From Lama glama (taxonomy: Eukaryota), in the NCBI GenBank assembly GCA_028534125.1, contig CM052816.1, positions 48,672,001 to 48,736,000 on the forward strand: DNA of 64,000 nucleotides, written 5' to 3'. The notes under the pieces are model-generated. The model was not told the DNA's origin and searched no databases. It was given only the letters and a program-made list of their open reading frames with translations. Positions 55,158 through 64,000 of this stretch are shown here, piece by piece. Position numbers and translations under genes: made by a program. Numbering within the stretch: position 1 is the first letter of the stretch; each line of letters begins with the position of its first letter.

Positions 55158-55639
55158 AATTCTAAAGTTGGAACACTTAAGTTAGTGTTTTATTGGTGAA
55201 GATAAAAAACAGTAAATCAACCAGTGAAATGGATAGTATTCCCAGAAACAAACTCATGCATATATTGATATATCAGAATGATAGCATTACTGCACAGTGC
55301 ATAACTCATAGCATTATGAATCCATTTGTATTGCCAGAAGGAAATGAATAGTAGTTAAAATTTTAATTGAAACAAGTATAATAAAGGGAACATTTCCAGA
55401 ATTGTGATCAGGGTTAATGGAACCAAAAAGTGATTGTAAGGTTTTTAGGGATCCGGTAATTCCTGAAAGCAAGAGAAAGGAGAGCATTGCCTGTGCCTCT
55501 CCTAGCCATGGAAGATGGGCTATCCTCCAGGAGCTGTGGTCACTGAGGAAAGAAACACACACACGCACACACAACCAAAATGACAGAGAGGAAGGGGAGA
55601 GGGAAAAATCAATACTCTATTTCTCTCTCTTCTCAGCCT

Positions 55640-55709
55640 TTTTCTCTTTTTTAAATTGAGGAGTAGTCAGTTACAATGTGTCAATTTCTGGTGTACAGCA
55701 CAATGTCAG
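55640..55709 (-). mobile_element. Short camelid-type L1 3' end, target of the LTR insertion
   Basis: attgaggagtagtcagttacaatgtgtcaatttctggtgtacagcacaatg next to a T-rich tail. Confidence 0.7.
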
Positions 55710-56332
55710 TGTGGGAGCCCATGATTGGGTTAACAAATTGTAACAAATCCCAGCTGCTTATCTCCTTAAAGATGTGCTTAGTAACCTGCCTTGAGGTTTT
55801 AGCAATGACCCAGGCCCCCAGCTATAAACGCTGGGCGTGCCTGCTGTTAGTCTTCTATCCGCAAAACAGCCTTGGGCTGGAATGGTAAACAATTTATAAA
55901 AAGCTGCAGACTCAGAGGTGAGAAGGCTGGTTAGCCAATGACAGGTAAGATCCCCTGAGGGGGGCAACCTAAGACAGGCATAGCCGCCTGAGTCCAAGAA
56001 AATCCTGTCCAGCAGCTGATTCTCATATGTTCCACCCTGATAAGCTGAAAGGCTCAACACGAACATGATCACCAAAAAGGGTCTTCTGACCTTGAGCCAA
56101 ACATCACCAATAAACAAAGCCTTTTTACTCATTGTGATCCCACCCTGTCCTTCCCTAAATTCCTGCATTCCTCCTTTGACTGTACTCAATAAATATGAGA
56201 GATTTGAGAGGCTTGTGGAGTTGGCTCCGACTCTCTTTCGCTCTCTTGACTTTTCCACAGAGTCTTGAGTAATTCTTTCAGTCTCAGTGGGACTTCTGCT
56301 GGCCAGAACCCACAACTGGTGATGAACCCACA
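55710..56332 (+). mobile_element. ERV LTR (55710-56314) + PBS stub + duplicated LTR end; 6-bp TSD suggests class II
   Basis: tgtggg...cccaca inverted termini, TSD tgtcag (55704-09 / 56333-38), CCAAT and AATAAA motifs. Confidence 0.88.
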
Positions 56333-56529
56333 TGTCAGTCTTTTGATGTCCTGCCTGTGGTACCCAAATACAACCAGAAGCCTGTGGTCAAGATTCGTTA
56401 GGCAGTGCAGCTTTCAGAGGGCAGGGAAAGGATGAGGAAAGATCTAATGAGATAAATGAAGACTAAGTAGCACACACAAACCTTTTCTCACTCAACTTCA
56501 AATCTTGTGGTTTGCTTGGATTAGTTGTT

Positions 56530-56628
56530 AGCAAAGATTTGCTATAAAGATAGCCAGTATTTTTGTTGGCCATACACGTCTCTGTCACAAATACTCAACT
56601 CTGCTATTATAAAATTAAAACAGACATT
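56530..56628 (+). mobile_element. MER58-like fragment
   Basis: ggccatacacgtctctgtcacaaatactcaactctgc. Confidence 0.55.
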
Positions 56629-57042
56629 TAGTCACACTTACTCTTAAAATGTAAATTGCAATACTATCTACCATTAATCGTTCATTATATAAGGTAGCAG
56701 AAGGAGTAAAGGGACAGGGGAGAAAAAAATAACTATTAAAAGTAGTAATCAGTCATGAGACCTAAGTAATCACTCTGGCAACATTTCCCACTGTAATCTT
56801 CAGCCTAATGAATGACAATGCCTAAAATGTACAGAGATTTTTCAATAGACTTCAGGTATGCTGGCCTTCTCATCAATACACTTTATAATGCTCTCATGAA
56901 GACAGTGTCCAAGAACACTCCTACAGGGTATAGTTAGTGGGTACCTGAACAAGTGTAGTAGGTGTACTTTAACACTTAGGAGTCCTGATTACTAGGACTC
57001 CTTCCTCTAAAAAATGACTAAGAATCTCACTGACTTAAAAGG

Positions 57043-57195
57043 CAGTACTTCTGAGATTTAATATGCATACAAATCTCTTGGGTATCTGGTTAAAATGCAA
57101 AGTCAAATTCAGTAGATGTAGTGTGGGATCTGAGATTCTGTATGTCTAAATATCCCTGATCATGTTCCCAGATGGTTCTCTGATCATGCTTTGAA
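57043..57195. mobile_element. MER5-like hAT MITE
   Basis: tgcatacaaatctcttgggtatctggttaaaatgca...attcagtag...ctgagattctg. Confidence 0.65.
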
Positions 57196-60059
57196 TCAAA
57201 AAGACGAGGGCTACTGTTAGGCAGTCTAGCAGACTGTTAACATACTCTCAACACATTGCATCCCTAATCCCTAGGGGAGTGAATACACATCATTAGATTT
57301 GGCTTGATCCAGTCTTATACTTTATTTAGTGACTGAATTGTCTTATAGTTCATCACCATTCTTGTCTCTAAGAATGTTGCTAATGTAAATAGGCAACATC
57401 CTACAACTTCTATAACATATCTGCTCTCCTAAGAAAGCCCAGCACTTCTCCTTCTGAGTGATGCTGGCATCTAAATCTCAATATGGGCTTAGAATGAATA
57501 AGGGATAGTGAGACAATAGATTTCCCTTTTAAGTCAGATACCCAGGGTGGGTTATTGAAGGTTGTCTGTTTATTTTAATGCAAGAAAATTAAGGTCTCTT
57601 TTAAGGGGAGAGGGTGGATTTTTCTTCCAATGTTCAGCAAATTTCAAGGAAAACTGGGATGTCGAAGCTCTCAACTTTCTGAGTCTGTCTGAATGTTCCC
57701 AACCCAAGCCTCAAAGCCTTATTTTAATATAAACAGCTTTCTTAACCTTAAAAAGAAATCCATTATGATTGCACACTTAAATGATTTAGCATCTCTCCAA
57801 TCTACCACCAGGATCTGGGCTTGATTCTCAGGCTAGTCTGCCTTGGCACTTCAGAGACTCAAAGGCTTCACAAAAACTTTCTGATCTTTATTTGGAAATT
57901 TAAGGCCTTAAGTTTTTTTCTTTTTCTTTAGTTATTTTCTTAAGGACAATCAGAAGTAGGCAGCAAACCCATCCCAAAAGTCTTTGTAGTCATCGGTTGT
58001 CACCATTCATTTGTCACAATAGTGACAAAGTACCATAACCAGTCAATCTTGCAAAGCTTTTTTTCCTACTTGTACTGTATCCCATGCTATAACCTATAAT
58101 AATTTGAGTGATTTTCAATTCACTGTATAATATGAATTACTAGCATCTTATTTCCTACCAAAAATGACACTAACCAAGAACTCTTCAAATATCTGAACAA
58201 TTAAATCTCAAAATCTCATTTTCCCTTCAGTATTACATGGTGTGGCTTTTTCAAAATTGGACTGTAGTGTGACCTCAGTTCACCTGTATTGAGTCAAACT
58301 ATTTAAATTCTGTCAATCTAGGCAATGGAAAATTAATCACTCTATGATACTAGACATCTGCTGTGCCTTAATAACCCAAGTACTTTTATATCCTTTAATA
58401 ATTACTCTAACTCATGTAATCTCTCCTAAATACATAAATTATTTATCTACAATATAGAAAAAGCTTTTTTCACAAAAATGCTAAATTAAGGATGATTTAT
58501 AACAACTTAAAATAGATAATAAAAGTGATGTTTAAAACCTGTGTAATAAATGATTATTTTTAGTCCTATTGGATTTACTTTAAAAAACCTGAGAAAGAAA
58601 CTTACATATGACTATATGGGAGCTGCAGGAATGAACAAATCATTTGCTTATAATAATATGCCAATAATATACATAAAATCAACTCTGGATTGTGAAAGTA
58701 TGGATGCTGTCTTATTTCCTTTCCTGTTGTTCAATATTAATCTGAAGAGAGAATAATTTACAAATGGCTTTGAGCACTCTGGTTAAATTTAATTGGTTCT
58801 TTTTTGATTAACCTTGGTCTAAATTTTTTTATTTTCTCAGAGTTCTAAGGTTATAGAATTGCCTTTGAATTCTTTCTAAATCTTGTGAAAGTATTAAATC
58901 ATGAAATACCATTTCCTAAGTCCACACAACTTCCAATTTATCTTAATAATCCATGAAGCTGCAAGTACAGCAGATAATTATGTTTCTCTCAAGATAACAA
59001 AGCCCATAGGTCATTCTGTTTAGGTGGGAATTGAAACAACTGTACTACATTATTGGAAGCCAAAACAATTAGTGAAATAATTCTGCACTGTCTGCACTAT
59101 TTCTTATCTTCCACCTCATGTTTGCCTTGTTTTCAGATAATTAACGTTAAAATAAATACACTTTTACTGCTTTCCTAGCTAGTAATGGATTTTTACCATG
59201 GTGGGTTGAGTAGGACATTTTTAGAGAAATCCAAGTGTTGTTGCATTTCTTGTCTTCTTTTATAGTATCAAATAGTGCACAGTTTGGTGAATAGATAATA
59301 CAATTATCTTGTCACTAAAGCTGGCTCCTCCAAATTACAAGAGGTAAAGTCATCTGAGGTGGGACACATTATGTAGCTGCTATTTAAAGGACAAATATCA
59401 CTGCAAACAATGAAAGGTAAAAGAGCTTTTTAATTCCATGTAAATACAAACATAATGAAGTTGAACCTATCAGAAGTGAGAAATTATTGGAAAAATAACT
59501 CATGTCTTTTGTTGAATGAGAGTTCATTTTGCTGTGCTTTATTATTAGTACCATATGGAAACAAAAAAATACTTTTAAATATGTGTTAATATATTCTAAC
59601 AAGAAGAGGAAGATGTAGTGTAAAATATTGACTCATGTATATTCTTAGCATTTTACTAGAATAGCTTTCCTTATGTCTACACTAATATGAAAGACCTAAA
59701 TTAATTGATGTATGCATAAAAATTAAATCTTTGAATTCTCAACAAAGTAGACATCAAGGGTGCCTCACAGCACTCAACCCCCCTAACACTCATCCTTCAG
59801 AGGCTGGCAGCCTTAGCTTCTGTGAGAGAGAAAAGTTATCCCTCTTCTCTCCATGTTTACTGGATTTAAGCCAGTATTCATTAATATTTTACCTTATCAG
59901 TAATAAATAATATCCAAGTCTTAACTTAAGGGGATATTCTAAGACTTCTCTAGCTACCAGTTTAGAATTAGTTGTTCTTTATCTGTGTTTTCACAGAGTC
60001 CAAAGTGCTCAGGCAGCAAACATAGCTTGAGGTTAAATGGAATCATTGTAGTTTATATT

Positions 60060-63000
60060 GTCAAGAGTATGCCTTTTTGGTAATCTGGATCATCTGTTAT
60101 TGCAGGATCTGGAAATGTAGGAATGGAGAGCACGAATCCCCAAGTAGGTCTTTGGAAACATTGATAAATGCACCCAGTCATGCTTTCAACCTTTGAATCC
60201 TAGATCCTTTCTCCTGGGGACACAATATTATATAGATATCTCTGATCTAATTTGTCTACTGAAATTTGGAGAACATCACTCCATGTTTGCAGAATATTGA
60301 TTCAGTGCTTAATCATTCCGTTATATCTGTAGAAGGCTATCCAAGAGCTTTATCAGGCCTGTTTCTCTTTGGTGTGGTATATGATATGACCAATGGGTCC
60401 TAAGGTTTTAGGCTACTTCCTCACTTCCTTCAGGGTCAAGTAGATACCTGTTTGTATCCTATGTTGTGTGGAATCTGTGAGCATGAATCAGGCACTTATT
60501 CAATCCCTAGATAGTGTTTCTGGTTGAAGCTCTGTGGGCATTATTCTACACCTAGAATAAATGTTCACTCCTGTGAGAAAAAAAAATAATTGGATGTAAA
60601 GAGCCTGATATAGTCAGTAAACTTGCCACCAATTGCCCATTTGCTCTCCATAAGTAATAATGTAACACAGTTATCTTAGCACTGGTGTTTGTTACAGACA
60701 CGTTGGATATTTGGGGGTCGCACCAGCTAGATCACTCTTGATAAGTGGTCCTCCATGCTGTTTAGCCTAATTGTAACATTTAATGTATTTGTCCATAATG
60801 TCATCGTTGGATAGCCCATTGAACAATGCTGGCTGATATCAACTCATCTTGTCTTTTTTTTTTTTTTTTTTGGTCTCCTCTATTATGTAGTGACTCTTCC
60901 ATGGTGGATGTTTTCTAGTGAGTGTTAACATGTGTTTTGAACTTTAACACTTTGCATTCACCATCATATGTCCATTGTCATGCTTTCTCCTCAAGAGCTC
61001 CTTATCTCCAATCTTCCAAATGTTTGAGTTTCAGTCTTCCAGAACTGTTGCCATGCAGTCCATGAGCCTATGAGTCCATATATTTTAAACCTGGATTGCT
61101 TCTCCTTCTATACTAAATGAGTAAAAAGGTATGTTACTAAACCAAACTTGGGTCTGCTTGCCCACACACAGTAAAGCCAATCTACTGTTAACAGGGTTGT
61201 GGTGAAGGAAAGCGCAGTGTTTTTTGTAGGGCACCAAGCAAGGAGTCCAGGGCAGCTAGTGATTAAAAGAGCATAACTCCCAAAGGCTTTCAGGGAAAAG
61301 TTTTTAAAGACAGGGTGAGGGAGAGGGGTTATGAAGTGTGTGATCAGCTCATGGACATTCTTCTGATTGGTTGATGGTAGGGGTAGTTGGAAGTCAACAT
61401 CATCAACCTTCTGGTTCCAACCATCTGGGGTCTATGAGCTTGTGGGCTGTATACAGTTAACTCTTCCACCTAGTGGGGGTTTCAGTAGCTGCAAAACACC
61501 TGAAAGGATATGGCTCACAATAGCATCTACAGCCATTGAGGAGGATCTAAATGTCCTTGACTTTGTTTAATAGCTAAACTGTTATTAGCTTCTCTTGCTT
61601 AACTGTTTTCCTTCCTTTTGGCATTTTCTTACTTCTCTGATTAAATGTATTCTTTGGAACTCTGGGAAGTCTAGAAGACTAAAGTTTTTCTACAGACAAA
61701 AGGCAGGCAGAAGACATGAGGGGTTCTATTCTGGGAAGGTCCCATAGGGTCCTTCTTGGTTATAGGTACACTTCACAAAGCTACATCTATTGGGAAGACT
61801 TTTTCCTCACTACTTCTTTCAAAGTTATATTCCTTTTGATGTAGTTTGAGTTCAATCCTATGTATATCATTTCTAACTTACAGTGGAAGGCTACTAGGTC
61901 TAATCAAATTTATGCCTTGACATGTCCAATAGGATACCTTTCATAATGGACAACTTCAAACTAATGATCACTTGAAGCCTTATTTTCAAGTGTTCATTTT
62001 CAACAGAGTCCAATAATACACCAAGAGCTTGTCTCAAACAATATACAATTAACTGCTTAGATAGCAAGGTCTTGCTCCTGATCTGCAGGGTCCTATGTTG
62101 TGATTCTCCCACTGCAGTTTGCTGTAAACTCTACATGGCATCAGTTTCCACCACTGACAGCTCCATCACAGTAGGCTTGCTGATTCTCATGGCCCAAGAA
62201 GCAAGGCTTGGAATACTGAGCTGATATAGTGTCCTTTCCTTCTCCAGACTCCCCTGAATTGAGGCAGCTTTTTGTGCTACCCACTGTGTGTAAAAGAAGA
62301 ATAATTCTAGTAGTGTTATGTATTGCCTCCAGAATCTGAAGAGACCCAAAGTCCATTGTATTTTCTTATTTGTAAAAGAGGATGCAAGATAAGGCAAATT
62401 GTCTTTTACTTTCGAAGGAATGTCATGGGTTGCCCTGACTAATGGGCCATTAAAACCTTAACTGAAGTAGATAGTATTTTTGATTTTTATAGGGTTTATT
62501 TCCAACTCTCTGGAATGTATGTATCATATCAAGGGTCTCAGCATGTAATTTACGTCTTGATTATCTTGCTTTATCAGCAAGGTGTCATTGATGATGATTG
62601 ATTGATCAATGTGATATTCTTTTGGATGTCCAGATGGTTCTGCTATCTTTTAACTACTTCAAGATATAGTTTGGGAGCCTTAATTTAGCCCTAAGGCAAA
62701 TCTGAAAGTGTGTATTTTTGTTCTTTTTCATAAATGTAAACTATCTGATCCATTTTCCTGGTTATAAAAGAAAAGTGCACATGCACTAAAACAGTGATTA
62801 TATACCATGTTCCAGAAGCTGCATTAATCTCTAGCAACAGTAGCATACCTGGCATGCAAGATACTCTCAGCTTCACTGTTTAATTGAGATTCTAATGGCC
62901 TACAATCATTCTCTGGTCTCCGCCTGCTTTTTTGCAGGGATCAAACTGATAAATTAAACAATGATAGGGACTACTACTGTTGCTTCATTTATATCTTTAA

Positions 63001-64000
63001 AGGTAGCAGTGATCTCTCCCATCTTCCCAAGATACAATATTGACTTTTATTTTTTATCTTGTCTCTGTTGGAGAGCAGCCGTTGAGACTTCCACTTGGCC
63101 TTCTCCACTATGATAGCTCTCATTATACAGGCCATGATCCAATATGGAGCTTACTTCACTTGCTAAGTATCTCAATTCAGATTATATGTTAATGAGCTGA
63201 GGAAATGATACTATTAATGGGCTGAGGAAATGAAATTGGGTCTGTGGAGTCAATATAATAACAGTTAGCCGGACTTTGTCTAGGATTTCACTTTTTGAGT
63301 GGTCTCCACTCTAACAGGGAAGCCATAATGATAGTTCAGTTCTCCGAGTATTAATATCAACTCAAATCCTGTATCAAAATATAACTCCTCACCTGTATGC
63401 AACTATAGGAAAGAAAATAGGAATTGTTGCTTCATATATTTGATATAATATTGTCTTCTTTGTTCTGGTGACTCAATTATCTCTTCAGTCAAAGGGACAG
63501 CGCAGTGGTTCAGATCTGGAAAATGTCCAAGGAACTGTAACTTTTTATTGAGACAATACCTTCAGCTTCATACTCAACCATTTTGCCTTTTTAGTCCTAC
63601 TTTGCTGCCCATTTATTTTGCCTTTAAGGACACCAGCTTTTATTCATCATATTAATGACTCTGTAGGTCAAAACTCTCTGTCTTGAACTCCAGACTTATT
63701 GGTCATTGTGATATTTGTGATCCCCTGGCTGTTATAATTTAAGTGCTGCCACCTGATAACAATTGGTTCTGAACTCTTGATCTTCATTGGTATCAACAAA
63801 TGAAGCTCTACATTGTCTTCTACCGGCAGCCTGGTCTGCAGCAGAAAGCCACTGCTGCCCTTCTTAGTGATGTTGGTGACCTTCTCATTAGCACATTTCT
63901 AGTAGCTTGGTGGCTGGGTGAGTACTCTGGGCCTTCCTGTGAAACAAATCTGGTGGGACACTTGCTCCCATATGATATATGTACTCCATCATCCCTGCTT
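60060..64000 (-). mobile_element. Decayed ERVL-type internal region (gag-pro-pol), runs off the window end
   Basis: Protease-like FDTGFELILILGE (DTG at 63367-75); RT-like LLEINAASGTWY (62691-62876); LGLFRFWRQYI...QKAAS and GESQHRTL match ERVL Pol. Many stops and frameshifts. Confidence 0.85.
61132..61764 (-). mobile_element. ERV1 solo LTR (cetartiodactyl LTR39-like) nested in ERVL pol
   Basis: tgttac...gttata ends and perfect 4-bp TSD ggta (61128-31 / 61765-68). ERVL sequence resumes on both sides. Confidence 0.85.

Noticed and set aside
52215..56314. Two similar LTRs as the ends of one provirus
   Set aside because: Different TSDs, divergent internal blocks, and L1/MITE rather than retroviral sequence between them.
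55758..56333. Longest ORF in the window (191 aa, minus strand)
   Set aside because: It lies antisense within an LTR, its ATG is formed by the LTR-end/TSD junction, and it has no recognisable domain. Most likely chance.

Overview
AT-rich, CpG-poor mammalian non-coding DNA (gene desert or large intron). It is most likely from a camelid, judging by a vic-1-like tRNA-derived SINE and the L1 3' ends. I cannot support any host protein-coding exon, RNA gene or CRISPR array. Every ORF I recognise is a decayed retroelement remnant (L1 ORF1/ORF2, ERVL pro/pol) or overlaps a Tigger1 fragment. About half or more of the window is interspersed repeat: L1s of several ages, ERV1/ERV2-like solo LTRs, MLT1/MLT2 LTRs, an ERVL internal region, Tigger/hAT MITEs and MIRs. 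Family names come from recalled consensus sequences, not a database search, and boundaries of old elements are approximate. Highlights: (i) a ~0.9 kb inversion at 51.9-52.8 kb, reconstructed from a split LTR, its TSD and a split L1; (ii) a provirus collapsed to LTR + PBS stub + 9 bp of the second LTR between 6-bp TSDs; (iii) an unexplained mirror array of TTTGG-N6-CCAAA units forming a long hairpin at 17.9-18.05 kb; (iv) L1 copies that keep ORF1 but have lost nearly all of ORF2. I see no evidence of a novel protein-coding system.
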